Origin: the human T2T-CHM13v2.0 reference genome, Homo sapiens
DNA: 64,000 nucleotides
Assembly (NCBI RefSeq): GCF_009914755.1
Contig: NC_060931.1
Direction: 5' to 3' (one strand)
Positions within the stretch are counted from its first letter, which is position 1. Each line of letters begins with the position of its first letter. Below the pieces are notes generated by a model. It searched no databases. It was given only the letters and a program-made list of their open reading frames with translations, and was not told the DNA's origin. The position numbers were made by a program, and so were the translations under genes. Below are positions 13,121 through 25,140 of the stretch, piece after piece.

Positions 13121-13879
13121 AATATGACTTCAGGAGTGCTTCATGTTCGTCTTTGACTCACCTTCTGGAAGTTTTGCTGCATTTTAGCACTTGCCCAGAA
13201 GTACAGGGCTACAGAGAGGTAGAAATGAAGTTAGCTACTCACTAGTAACTCAGATGAGGGAAAAACTCAGGGCTATGTTTAAAGGTGATCAATTACCTGA
13301 CAGCCAGTTACCAGGCACAGCTGTTCACTGGATATATTTTCATCACTACCATGTCCCAAATATATCCGCTAGAAAGCAACCGAAAATGAAACCATGGCGA
13401 CTACAACAATTCTCCTACCCACTGATAAAGTTTGCAGATCTTGCCCATAAACCTGAACTAAACTTTAGTCATTCAAGTTAGCCCACAAGGAGTCCCTGCC
13501 GTGCCATGGGAGGTCAATCTCGCATGAGGAGCACCTGGTTGCCTTGGCCTCTCAGCTGTGCAGCTCCCAGTTAGGCCTCTGAGCTATAGCTCCCTCAGAG
13601 GTCAGATGGTTTTCAAACTGTTTCCTCAGGAGATGCTCAGGGCCCAGGACATGAGAGGGAGACCAAAGGGATGGGGCTCCAGGCCTCACCCCTGACTCAA
13701 CTGGATCAGCCAGGTAGTATCTGTTTCCTCCCTGAGGCTCTGAGATTTCATTTTAAAGTAGGATTCCCCTGTCCCAGAATACTGCAAATTATGTAACTAG
13801 ATGATCTCAGAGGACACTTGTAATTCTGCAATCTGCCATTTGTCACTTAGCCAAAGCCCAAGCGACCAGCCTCTACTTT

Positions 13880-14290
13880 CACTGCTGCAGCCAAGACCGC
13901 CATGACTCTTTTCGCTGGACCCACAGTCCTTGTCCTACTCGACCCAGAAGCAACATTTGAGGCTGTGGACCAATGGCCTCCCCCTGGGGACTCACTTCTC
14001 ACCCACACTTGTGGCCTCGAATGCCATCAGCAGACTGATGCTTCCACAATGTATACATCCAGCCCAGGTCCCTCTCCCCAGTGGCGCCAGGTTGTATACG
14101 TCCAGCCCAGGTGTCTCTCCCCAGTGGTGCCAGATGCACATTTCAGCTTCTGGAAACCTCTGTTTGCAGTTCCCACAGCAACAGAAACTCAACATGGTCA
14201 CAATGGAGCCTCCTACTTTTCCCAAAGCCTGGCTTTCCTCATTTGCATATCTCATTGTAGCTATGCGTAACAGTCTTCTCATGCTTAAGG
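13880..14290 (+). mobile_element. L2 LINE ORF2 (RT) remnant with internal deletion
   Basis: ORF 13902..14270: VLVLLDPEATFEAVDQ resembles L2 VLILLDLSAAFDTVDH; HTCGLECHQQTDASTMYTSSPGPSP resembles SHGFKYHLYADDSQIYISSPDLSP. Confidence 0.7.
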
Positions 14291-15319
14291 TCTCCCATAT
14301 AATGAGCTCGGAAGTTGTGTGTGTGTGCACTTTCGCATATGTGCACATTTGTATAAAATCTGCATCCTCGGTTAAGGCTAGAGCTTAATAAGCTATTAAT
14401 TTGTCATCTCTCCTCTCCATTATCCTGACCCCTTACATTCAGTATCTATTTCCTAGACCAAAAACGTACTAACCTAGGCACCATTTATTCAGGACCTAAC
14501 TAAGGAGCAGCCAGTCAGATTGATAAACTAATGTGACACCAGCTGAGTCGATGGGGTAATAGACCAGGCAGCATTCTTGGATGTTATAGAACTCTTCTGG
14601 AAGCAAAGGCTAAACCTAAATGGCTTTGACCCTTAATTGTGGACAATTTTAGACATCATAGGAAGCTGGATGCTTAAAAATCACATTCACTGAGCAGAGC
14701 CCTTGGTAACCTCCATATTCCACCGCCTTTGGGAACGCCTGCTCACCCTGACGCACACAAGTTGTTCCTCACCACTTTAATAAAATTTTGCTTTGTTAAT
14801 CCTAAACAATTTTGCAGTTCATATTAGATAGTACTTTTAAGCCTCAGACATATCTCTTATATAGTAGTGTTGTGTAGACAACAAAGATTCTGGAAATAAG
14901 AGGATAAAGGAGAGGACTGTGATAGCAATATTGCACCACCAGGGAGAAATCACAAGGCTGCAGGCCATTTCTAAAGCACTTGTGATCAACTCCTGCATAT
15001 ACAATGCCATAGTTACCCAAATCAATATTTCAGGACAGCAACCACAGAGAATATTTTCTAAGCATTAATTATAGCTAATGTGTAAATCAAAGGATAAAAG
15101 CACTGTCACTAACTGCCCTTTATTTGTTCTTAAAATTCTATCTGCAGTTGCTTTATATTTGAATATCTTCATTCGTTATCAGAGACCATTCACAGGGAGA
15201 GAAGGCAATTATTGAACACAATCAACTTTCTTTGCCCATATGTTTCCCTGTGTCATTAGATGAATAACTCTCTCTATTTCATCCCTCTGATATCTTCTCC
15301 ACACGTAGAAATCCTAAAG

Positions 15320-15990
15320 AACCATTTTGGTAACCTCACACTACTCAGACTATTTTGGAATATTCTATCCAACTATGGATGTCATATATTAAAAGTGTTG
15401 GCAAGCTAGGTGATATGGTTTGGATCTGTGTCCCCACCAAAATCTCATGTAGAATTGCAATCCCAAATGCTGGAGGTGGAACCTGGTGGAAGACGACTGG
15501 ATCATGGGGGCGGGTTCTAATGATTTAGCACTATCCCCCTAGTACTGTTCTTGTGATAGAGTTCTCATGACTGTTTAAAAGTGTGCGGCACCTCCCCTGT
15601 CTCTCTTCCTCCTGCTCTGGCCATGGAAGAGGTGCCTGCCTCCCCTTTGCCTTCCACCATGATCGTAAGTTTCCTGAGACCTCCCCAGAAGCTGAGCAGA
15701 AGCCACAATGCTTCCTGTACAGCCTGTAGAACCATAAGCCAATTAAACCTATTTTTTTTTGTAAATTACCCAGTCTCAGGTATTTCTTTATAGCAATGTA
15801 AGAACGGATTAATACACTACAATTCATCCAGAAGAGGGTGATGACGAGGATGCAGTGATAGAAACTGCCACTTAAGGAACTATCAAAAATGAGGACAGAG
15901 AAGAGAGGGTTTGGAGAGGACATGATGGCTGTTTCGAAGCACCTGCAGGTCACGTGGAACGGGAGGAGCACGTTCAGGTCCCTCAAAGGG
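15320..15990 (+). mobile_element. CR1/L3 remnant split by the MSTA LTR
   Basis: Left piece TILEYSIQLWMSYIKSVGKL resembles CR1 PHLEYCVQFWAP...DIDKLE; right piece IQKR...TEKRGFGEDMMAVSKHL resembles VQRR...LEKRRLRGDMIAVFKYL. Confidence 0.7.
15411..15816 (+). mobile_element. MaLR solo LTR (MSTA)
   Basis: TGATATGGTTTGGATCTGTGTCCCCAC start; CAGGTATTTCTTTATAGCAATGTAAGAACGGATTAATACA end. Confidence 0.93.
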
Positions 15991-15994
15991 AGCG

Positions 15995-16170
15995 CAGTAG
16001 CTAATGGTGCAGATAGACTCTGGGTTCCAACCCTGACTCCAGCCAGCGCTCGCTGCATGGCCTCACGGGGGTCCTGGGATCACCTCGCCCAGCTGTGGGG
16101 CAACTGCATGAGACAGTCAAGGAAAGTAGTAGTTCTTGGCACATGGGAAGGCACTCAATAAATTTTATTG
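15995..16170 (+). mobile_element. MIR fragment followed by an L2/MIR-type tail
   Basis: AGACTCTGGGTTCCAACCCTGACTCC; CTTGGCACATGGGAAGGCACTCAATAAAT. Confidence 0.5.
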
Positions 16171-16344
16171 ACAAACTAATCAACAGCAGTTTGAAAATCT
16201 ACAAAGAATTCCCTGCAAAAAAAAAAAAATTTCCAAACTGAAGTCAGAGGTAACTCTATTTGTTGACCGTGGTGAAATCTGAGGTTGTCCAAAGGCAGTT
16301 GGCAAAGAATATCATCCACACCTGTCTGCCGGGGTCCGTAGCAC

Positions 16345-16510
16345 CTTGCTGCACTGCACCATTGGCTCTCACGGGCCCCCAGCTCCCCAACTCATCCCAC
16401 GGATCTTGGGACTCATCAGCCTCCATAATCATGTGAGCCAATTCCTCATCATAACTCTTGTTCTTTCCTTCTTATTGGTTCTGCTTCTCTAGAAAACCCT
16501 GACTGATAGA
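16345..16510 (+). mobile_element. ERVL LTR 3' fragment (MLT2-like)
   Basis: CAGCCTCCATAATCATGTGAGCCAATTCC...TATTGGTTCTGCTTCTCTAGAAAACCCTGACT. Confidence 0.8.
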
Positions 16511-16757
16511 TCCAAGTCTCTCTGGCTCCCCCGTTCACACACAGCCCTTCAGACCACAGCTGCAATCTCAGTCCTCTCTAGCTTCCAAGCCTGCTCTTGA
16601 AGAGAACAGCTTCCTAACGGTACATTTGTAGGCCGGTACTGCAAGGAGATTTTCAGTAGGCTTGGAAAAGAGGAAAAATATTATGATTAATGACAATCTG
16701 GGAGTTTTTACTTAAGCTAATTTTTTTATTCTAATATAATGTCCACGTACCATTTTG

Positions 16758-17057
16758 CTGTTTTGTTTTGTTTTGATGGAGTCTCACTCTGTTGCCCAGG
16801 CTGCAGTGCAGTGGTGCTATCTTGGCTCACTGCCAGCTCTGCGTACTGGGTTCATGCCATTCTTCTGCCTCAGCCTCCTGAGTAGCTGAAACTACAGGCA
16901 CCCACCATCATGCTCAGCTAATTTTTTTTTGTATTTTTAGTAGAGACGGGGTTTCACCATGTTAGCCAGGATGGTCTCGATCTCCCTGACCTCGTGATCC
17001 ACCCACCTTGGCCTCCCAAAGTGCTGGGATTACAGGCGTGAGCCACCACACCTAGCC
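16758..17057 (-). mobile_element. Alu SINE (AluY/Sc-like)
   Basis: Antisense Alu with GGGTTCATGCCATTCT and GTTAGCCAGGATGGTCTCGATCTC diagnostics; flanking CCATTTTG repeat. Confidence 0.95.
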
Positions 17058-17247
17058 CCATTTTGGTTTTAAATGCTATGTCTTTTGTGGGATTGTGGTG
17101 AGAAAAAAACAAACATTATTTTAATCAACATCTTCACTTAGAAAATGTAAAGATGGCGACCTGAATGTAGTTTACATTTTTCCTGCAATTTTAATGGTCT
17201 ATGAAATTCCTAATTCTGGGAAGCCCTGCTCTTAAAAGCATTGAATG

Positions 17248-17372
17248 TTTATGACCTTGATGGCAGTGATGGTTTCACAGGTGTATACATAGCCCCAAAC
17301 TCATCAAGTTGTATACATTAAATATGTGCAGCTTTTGACATATCAATCATACCTCAATAATGTGGTTTAAAT
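17248..17372 (+). mobile_element. L1M (MC/MD-type) 3' end fragment
   Basis: GTGATGGTTTCACAGGTGTATACATA...AAACTCATCAAGTTGTATACATTAAATATGTGCAG...TACCTCAATAA. Confidence 0.8.
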
Positions 17373-17472
17373 ATGTATATACATATATATGTACACACAT
17401 ATACATGGACCATATATACATATTTAACATATATATTTATATACATGTATATACACATATACATATATGTGT
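17372..17472. repeat. (TA)/(CA)-rich simple repeat
   Basis: Imperfect TATACA/TATATA run. Confidence 0.85.
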
Positions 17473-17554
17473 AAGTAGAGTCCAGGAGCATCCATGTGTA
17501 TATCTGAGTGCGTGCATATATACAAAGCTTGGCACTCCAGTACCTCTGAATACA

Positions 17555-19200
17555 CTTATTTGCTCATTCAACTAGCATTCATTGAGAGTTTACTATGGCT
17601 CATACTCTGACCAAGCCCTGAGGATCCAAATCTTCTCAAAGCTATAGACTAGCAGGGCTATATATAATGTAAAATCAGCTTCAACACAGTGTCACGGGGT
17701 CTATGCTATAGAAAGTGAGGGTGCTACAGAAGTGTGAACCTGGAGCCCTGCCTTGGCTAGGATGGGAAAGAAGGTTACTGAGGGAGAGCTGTACCAGCCA
17801 AGAGCCAAAGGGCTGGGCAGAAAATAGCCAGAGAAAGTGAGGAGGAAGAAGGAAAAACACACAGAACACCTTGAGGAATCAGAAAGCCAAAAACAAAGTA
17901 TTTGTACGATTAGAATATGAAGAGTGTGGAGGAGGCAACTGAGGTCTGGGAGGAGAGGAAGGACCAGAAGGATAGAAACACAAACAGGAACCAGACCAAG
18001 AGGGGCCTGAGCCCTGCCTTTAGGACTCGGGATTCCAGCAAGGACAATGGGAAACACGCAAGAGTTTAAACAGGATTGGATCAGGTTTACGGTTGGATCT
18101 TCGGTGTGGACAATGGGTTAAAGGTGGACATGGTGAACACAGGGAGACCAGCTGGGAGTAAGCAGTCTCAGACAGAGACATCCAGAGCTTGGGCCAGGGA
18201 CAGCAGGGAGCCTTGGGCATGGTCATAGTCATGGAGAGAGGATCCCATGTTTCTTTCTAGGCTGCTGGGGTGGCAACCTCGGACAGAAACATCCAGAGCT
18301 CAGACCAGGGTCGGTGGGGAGCATTGGGCATGGTCATGGACTGAGGCTCCCACATTTCTTTCTAGGCTTCTGGGGAGACAATGGCATCATTCGTTAAGCC
18401 AGGCAGCTTCAGAATGGATGAGTTCGTTTGGGGACATGTTTGAGATATTTGTGGGACACGAAAAATGCAATGTCTCTCGAGAAGACAGGTGGGCCTGAGA
18501 CTGAAGAGAGAGACCGAGCATGAGATGAGGATGCAGAAGGCACCAGTACAGAATGTACAGCCTGGAAAAGCCAATGCCAAGAGAAGGTTAGAGCCTGGAG
18601 AAGCCTGAGGACCACCTGCATCTAGGAAGCAGCAAGAATGAGGTGGGGGCAGGGGGATCTCAGTGTCTCAGAAAGAGCCAGGAGCCACCAGATTGGTGAG
18701 GACCAGAAACCCCTTCGGACTGGGTGGTCAGTCCAGGGACTTAGGGGCAGAAGCCCCATGAGGGGGCACTAAGGAGTGTGTAGGAGCAAGGGACGGCTAG
18801 CACGGGTGGGCTACTTCAGAAATTTGGTGTGACTGGGAGGAAAGAAATGGAGTTTGGGGTGATGGAAAACCAGGGTGCAGGGAGAGGTATTTTGAGATTG
18901 AACTCTTCCGGTCTAGATAAAAGTGTCAAAAAAGAGAGAATTTTGCAGAGACATCCATAAGGGAAGGTCACTGCAAAGGCAGGTGGCCAAGTTGCCCCTA
19001 GTAGGAGGGAAGGAGGACAGGTTGGGAGGACGCCAGGGAGGGGTCAGGTGGCATTGCCTGATGTCTGTTCACTCTGGAGGGAGGCAAGGTCATCTTATGA
19101 AGCTGCATGGAGGAGAGGCTGCATGGAGGAGGCAGGCAGGTGAAATGTTCGAGACTGGTGTAGAAGGTGAGGCATCCATGAAGGAAACAGAAGAGGCAGT
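17555..19200 (-). mobile_element. Long degraded L2
   Basis: Antisense L2 tail CTCATTCAACTAGCATTCATTGAGAG at ~17560; GAGTTCGTTTGGGGACATGTTTGAG at ~18420; purine-rich L2-like sequence between. Confidence 0.6.
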
Positions 19201-19694
19201 GTCATGTTTCTGTGTCACACTGACAGAAATCAAGTGCAGCCCCCACCTTGTGACTTTCTGGATAGTACTTCCCCAAGCCCTCCTTTACATCATGTTTTAC
19301 TTTTTCTCCCCACTGTCTTGAGAGTGAGACCAGGTCCTTACCAATTGAATCTCAACATTTTGTGTGTTCCAAAATACCCACACAGCACCTCGCACATCAC
19401 CATGACTCAAGAAAGCCTCGATCGAGATTGGCTGGTGTGATTTCCGCGCCTTTGCTCCCAGCGGCCCAGCCCCCGCCCCACAGCCTCACAGCCGCCCATT
19501 CTCCCCACTAAGGAGCAGCAGTCCCTTTAACTCACTCACGCAGCTCACAACATGGCAGACAGGTGACAGACAGCTCGTGTGCACCTAAAGAAACGTGGGG
19601 TCAGTCATTTGAGCACAGCAGAGCAAGGCGCCCAAAGGAAGTTATTGGACTAGACCCATTCTTTGTCAGGAATCTGAAAGTGAGAATTGACGGT

Positions 19695-19915
19695 ATATTA
19701 ATAAATAATATAATACAATTAATTAATTATTAGTTAATATAATATGTAACTATGAATGTATGTTATGTATTATATTAACTAATAATTGTTTTATACTTAT
19801 ATTATTTATACATTAATTTGATTTATTATTAATCATTAAATTGTATGTTAAGAAATACATAAATTTATGTATTAATAATATAATTATGTTATTAATAATT
19901 AATTAATTGATAATG
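19695..19915. repeat. AT-rich low-complexity tract
   Basis: ~220 bp of almost only A/T (TAAT/ATTA motifs). Confidence 0.9.
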
Positions 19916-22659
19916 TGGCCAGCATGCCAGCTTGTCCCTGGGTTCTTCAGAGTTCTGTCCTGTGGGCTGATCCCAAATTGTCCTTTAATCCAGACCCATC
20001 CCCCTCACCTACCCCTACAAAAGGGCTCAAATCACCAGGTTATTATTAGTTAACTGATCAATAACCCATGGAGGGGGAATCCCCAGAAAACCCTGCCTGT
20101 CTAGACCATTGTCCCCTTCACACCAGGAAAGTTTGGTTTTGCAAGCAAGACCCTCAGAACCTACACACAGTAAAATCACAGTTCTTCTCCCATAGACCCT
20201 GCAGTGAGTCAGATGTCACCACCACCAGCTCTCACAGGCAGAAGGAATTGTCGAGACTGAGGCCTGAAAGAGAGAGAGCTTTCCTTCAGGTTGCCGGCAA
20301 ATTCTAGCAGATCTGAAGCCGTAAGCCGGGGCTTTTTAATTCCCAGCCAGTTCTTTCCACTGCATTCGTCCCAATCATTCAATTTTGAGCAGATAGGGTA
20401 AGAAACTCTTGAGTTTGGGTGGCCCAAGCCAAGATCAGAACGTAGCCCGCCTCGTTCTCCCAGCTCCTGTTTTGTGTCCCAGAGCTGGGGGCAACACTTA
20501 AGTCCTTTCCTCTGACTGGGCCTGGAGGCCCCCAGAGCCGAACATCTCCCATCTTTATTTTTCTTACATGGTGTCAAAGTCAAGTTAAGCTGAGCACTGA
20601 AATTGGTGTTTTCTGCCTCAGAGATAAAAATAGTTGGTGAAGCTTAAAGAAGTTCTGCCCCAGTTTATTTAAGGCATAATCTCAAATATCCCTTTGTCCT
20701 AATTATCACGCTATCCCCCGAAGGCAAGGAGCACAGAGAAAATCGGAGAGCAGTGCTAGGTTTTATTTTTGATCTTCAATTCAACTCTGTCAAATATTTA
20801 CAAATCCCCTCAGAGCGTGAGTCCACTGGGCGAGTGTCACTGGGTTCACCAAGTGGGAGAAAAAATTAAAATGAAATGAAGCAAGGGCAGAATTCCTAAG
20901 GAGTAGGAAGCCTTCATTCCAAAGCCGTTCGGGGATGGTCGATGGTTTTAATGCACTGACAGGTGCTCAGCCTTTTTCACCATCTCCCTAACCTTGAACC
21001 AGGAACTCAGAGCACTTCACAGGGTGCCCCATCCACATCGCGGTTCAGCCAGGGCCAGCAGAGCCAGCTGCTTCTGCATTAGTCCTGTCCCTGGTAAGAC
21101 TGCCCTAACATTTGGGTTCTACCACAAGGCAAATACCATGGAAATCTGAATTTATGATGATGAGGGTATATATTTTTATGGAAAAAAAATGCTTAGGCAG
21201 ACATTTTCTTTTAGGATGCTGGATTGAGCCATAAATCCAGCCTAAGGTTTACCTTTGGGCCTCTTAGTGAAGTACCTGATTCCATTAAGAGTAGAAACAT
21301 CCTTCAAAAACAGCTGTGGAACAAATACAACCTGCAAACAGCAGGTCTGAAACAGACTCTCCCTCGTCAACCACTTCTCAATTCCTGCAGCCCTACGTCT
21401 ATCAACACAGACGTCTTAGAGTCTCTGGGACCTCGTTCTATACGGGACTTGTCTTTTTTAGAGTCTGAAATTTGCATTTCTCCCTTCAAATTCCCCACTT
21501 TAAATTAACATGAAAAGGCTAAACTTTAATAGAAGAGCCGCTCAATTATGATCTGGGCAATGGATGGGTGTGAATTCCTTTATTCTACAAATATTTATTG
21601 GGCCTTCGATATGGAGAAGGCCCATGCTAGGCAATGAGAAATGCTGTTACACTATGAAATGTTCTAACAATTAAATGCTTCTGTGTGTAGAATGGTTTAT
21701 AACTAACTCAAAGTGCTCTGTGCAAAGGATCCCCGAAGTGAGCGGCGTGCTGGCCACGAAGAGTTTCATCACTTACTGTAAATCACATAAACAAATAACA
21801 GCATTATTTAAATGAGGGCCCTTTACTTACAGAAACCCTATTGCAGTTATTTTCTTTCAAGATCTAATTAGATTTAAAGCTTCATTTGGAAAACAGAAGA
21901 TGAAAATGAACCTCTTATCCTAAGGGCATCTGGATGAGAATCAAATGCATGCATGATTTTTTTTTATCATACAGCAAATTTGCCCAGGTCATAAGCAAAC
22001 AAAAGAGCTCTGTTCTACGGTGTAGTAAGAAGGAAGAAAAAATAAACTGAGCCATGTCTTGTGACAGTCGATGCTCATGCTTAGTGTGTTCATGATTGAT
22101 TCCCTTGTTTTTGACACTGTTTTAGGAAAATTAGCACTAATTTGATCAGTCCCTGTACATTTGAGATACATAAATTTAGGGATTGTACTGAAACTCCCAA
22201 AACAAACATACACTACACCATACTTTTAGGAGTCAATATAAAGTATTCTGAAATTGAAAATAAACAGATAAGTAAGTTACACCCATCCTTAAAGATGTAC
22301 AATGAGTAACATGGCCCTTAGTGGGGCCTTTAAATATTTGAATGATTGGCTGGATGAGCCAGTGAGACAACTCAGCGGACAACTTTTGAACTTGGCCCAC
22401 TTGGAAAGCACATGCCTTTGTCAGAAGCTCATTCTATCAGGCCACAGTATTTGTTACAAAACATACAAATATAACTGCTTTCTGATTGTAGTAACTATAT
22501 TTTTTAATGTTCCTAAAACAAAGCATATGAAGAAGAAACACGCTTGTATTCTTCATTTTGCCAAAAGATTCTTAAATTTAAAGGAGCTGCAGGAAAGTTC
22601 TCGCGTACATGAAGCTGCCAGGTGCATTTAAGTGGTGGTCTATAAAGCAGTGGCTTTCT

Positions 22660-22982
22660 AGCTGGGCGCGGTGGCTCATGCCTGCAATCCCAGCACTTTG
22701 GAGGCCGAGGCAGACAGATCGCTTGAGCACAGGAGTTCGTGACTAGCCTGGGTAACACGGCAAAACCCCATCTAAAAAAAAATAAAATAAACAAATACAA
22801 AAATCAGCCAAGCATAGTGGTGCGCACCTGTAGTCCCAGCAACTCAAGAGGCTGAGGTGGGAGGATTGCTTGAGCCTGGGAGGCAGAGGCTGCATGAGCT
22901 GAGATCATGCCACTGCACTCCAGCCTGGGTGACAGAGTGGGACACTGTCTCAAAAAAAAACAAAAGAAAAATTAAAAAATAA
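22660..22982 (+). mobile_element. Alu SINE (AluJ)
   Basis: GATCGCTTGAGC and GGAGGATTGCTTGAGCCTGGGAGG AluJ diagnostics, A-tail; degenerate TSD TAAAGCAGTGGCTTTCT / TAAAGTGGTGCCTTCT. Confidence 0.95.
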
Positions 22983-23512
22983 AGTGGTGCCTTCTTGACC
23001 ACACTCAGCAGAGACGGATAAGGCACAGAAATGTACAGTTCAGAGGAGCCACTGCTGAGAGATTGGTCAGGAATGACTATCAGGCCACCTCTGGAAAGAC
23101 CAAGTCTGTGTGAGTCCATTATAGAGATTCTATCCACACTTGCTCTGTGACCACATCTACCCCGTCACATCTGTTGGTCCCTGTGGAAGTTGCCTCTTTG
23201 CAGTGACACTTTCACAGATTTCTTGAGGAGTCACTGACTGGCAGACAGCGGCACTTTTAACAAGATGGAAACTCCCTGTGCAGATAATTAAGAGTCCCAG
23301 AGAGAGGAGAAGTAGTGCTTCCCGCATCTGCTCCCACCTCCAGCCTCCTGGGTCCGCTCAGCTCCATCCACTTACTCCGTCTGAGCTTCCCAGGGCCTTC
23401 CAGCCACCAGGTGAAGAAAGCATGTGAGAAGCTGTTCGCTGGTCAGTGTCCTTCACTGGCTTCTCCAGGTTTCCCCTAACAGGAAAGGGTGTCTCATTCC
23501 AATCTGCATTTT

Positions 23513-23860
23513 AGGGTGCTGAGCACCTGCATGTCGGGGTGCCAAGCCACCTGCGTGTCTGGGTGCTGAGCCACCTGCATGTCGGGGTGCTGAGCACCTG
23601 TGTGTTGGCGTGCCAAGCCACCTGTGTGTCTGGGTGCTGAGCCACCTGCGTGTCTGGGTGCTGAGCCACCTGCATGTCAGGGTGCCAAGCCACCTGCGTG
23701 TTGGGGTGCTGAGCCACCTGCATGTTGGGGTGCTGAGTGACCTGCATGTTGGGGTGCTGAGAGACCTGTGTGTCGGGGTGCTGAGCCATCTGTGTCTTGA
23801 GGTGCTGAGCACCTGCATGTTGGGGTGCCGAGCCAACTGCGTGTCGGGGTGCTGGGCACC
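23513..23860. repeat. Minisatellite, 24-bp unit, ~14.5 copies
   Basis: Unit GGGTGCTGAGCCACCTGCATGTCG; 8-aa periodicity in overlapping ORFs (QVAQHPDT). Confidence 0.97.
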
Positions 23861-24539
23861 TACTTGCTTGTCCTCACTTATGCCCCTTCCTTCTCTGGCC
23901 CTGGACTCTCAGCCCATGCCTGGCCACCTGGGTGTAGACCTCACATGGCTCCAATCTGACTCACTTCTGCAGTCATTCCTGTGCCCACGGCTGCTCCCTG
24001 GGAATGGATGGAGTGTGGGCTTGGTGCCTGGCCTAGAAGACGAAAGAAGAGGGGGCCCTGTATGGACACCTCCACTCTGGCCCCGCCAGAGTTAGGGAAG
24101 AGGGAAGGAGAACGGGCTGGCTCAGATGGGGCACCAGGTCCCTTAGATGCCCAGGAAGGAGGCCGTCGAACCCCTGGCTCACAGTGCATCCTCCTCTCCT
24201 GGCTTCCCCTAACAGCTGTTTTCCACACGGCCTATGTGATAGCAGGCTTGTTTGGTCACATTTCTGCCTAATTATTTCATGTTCAAAAATCATTACTGAC
24301 TAAACGATGAGATCCTTAAAGGCCCCTGGCACTTGCCCAGTGGAAAAGTCAGTGAGGAAATCGACGCTGATGCCTCCCAAGCCCAAGCTGAGGTCGCAAC
24401 AGCCCTCCCTTCTAGACCGGCAGGTCCAGCTGCCAGCCCCTCCACGGGTCCTGAAGGCTCTACACCCAGGCGGCGATTCCCCTGCACCCCGGCCTCCTTG
24501 AGGGTCCCTGTCTCAGCGCCACCAGCTACACACACCAAA

Positions 24540-25140
24540 AACCAGGGCACACTCCTTGACACACTTTCCATTTCATCCCCAAAATCAAACGCAAGCTGCT
24601 ACCAACGTCCCATCGGGCTTTCCCCTGTGCCTGTGCTTTTTCCACACTCATTTGCCTCGGCCCTTCTCCCACCCCCATCCGAGACACCGCCGCTTCTCAC
24701 CTGCCCCCCCGGCAGTAGGTCCTGGTTGTGTAGGATGGACCACACTCTCTGCAGCCCATTCCCACACGACAGCCAGAGTGTCTGATCTGCCACTGATCTG
24801 ACTGGGTCACTCCTGCACCCAAAACCCTCCCATGGCTCTCCGTGACCCTCCAAAGCGATTCCAGACCCATTCTCCTGCTTCATCATAAGCCCCCATCGAC
24901 CTCACCTCCCATCCCCCAAGGCCGTGAGCAGTCCCTCTGGCCTCCTTCCGCCAGCTCGGCAGCATCCTTGCACCTCCGGCTTTTGCACAAACTGCCCCCA
25001 TTGCTCTTCACCCCCCTCACTTACCTCATTCTCGTTCTTCCAAACGCCACTTCCTCAGCAAAGCCTCTCCCCGCTGTCAACTTCCCTCTGTACATGCTCA
25101 CGACACTGCACTTGTCCTCCCTTCGTACCCTGTGATGATG
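24540..25140 (+). mobile_element. Degraded L2
   Basis: TCTGACTGGGTCACTCCTGCACCCAAAACCCTCCCATGGCTC...CACTTCCTCAGCAAAGCCTCTCCC, typical of the L2 3' region. Confidence 0.6.
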
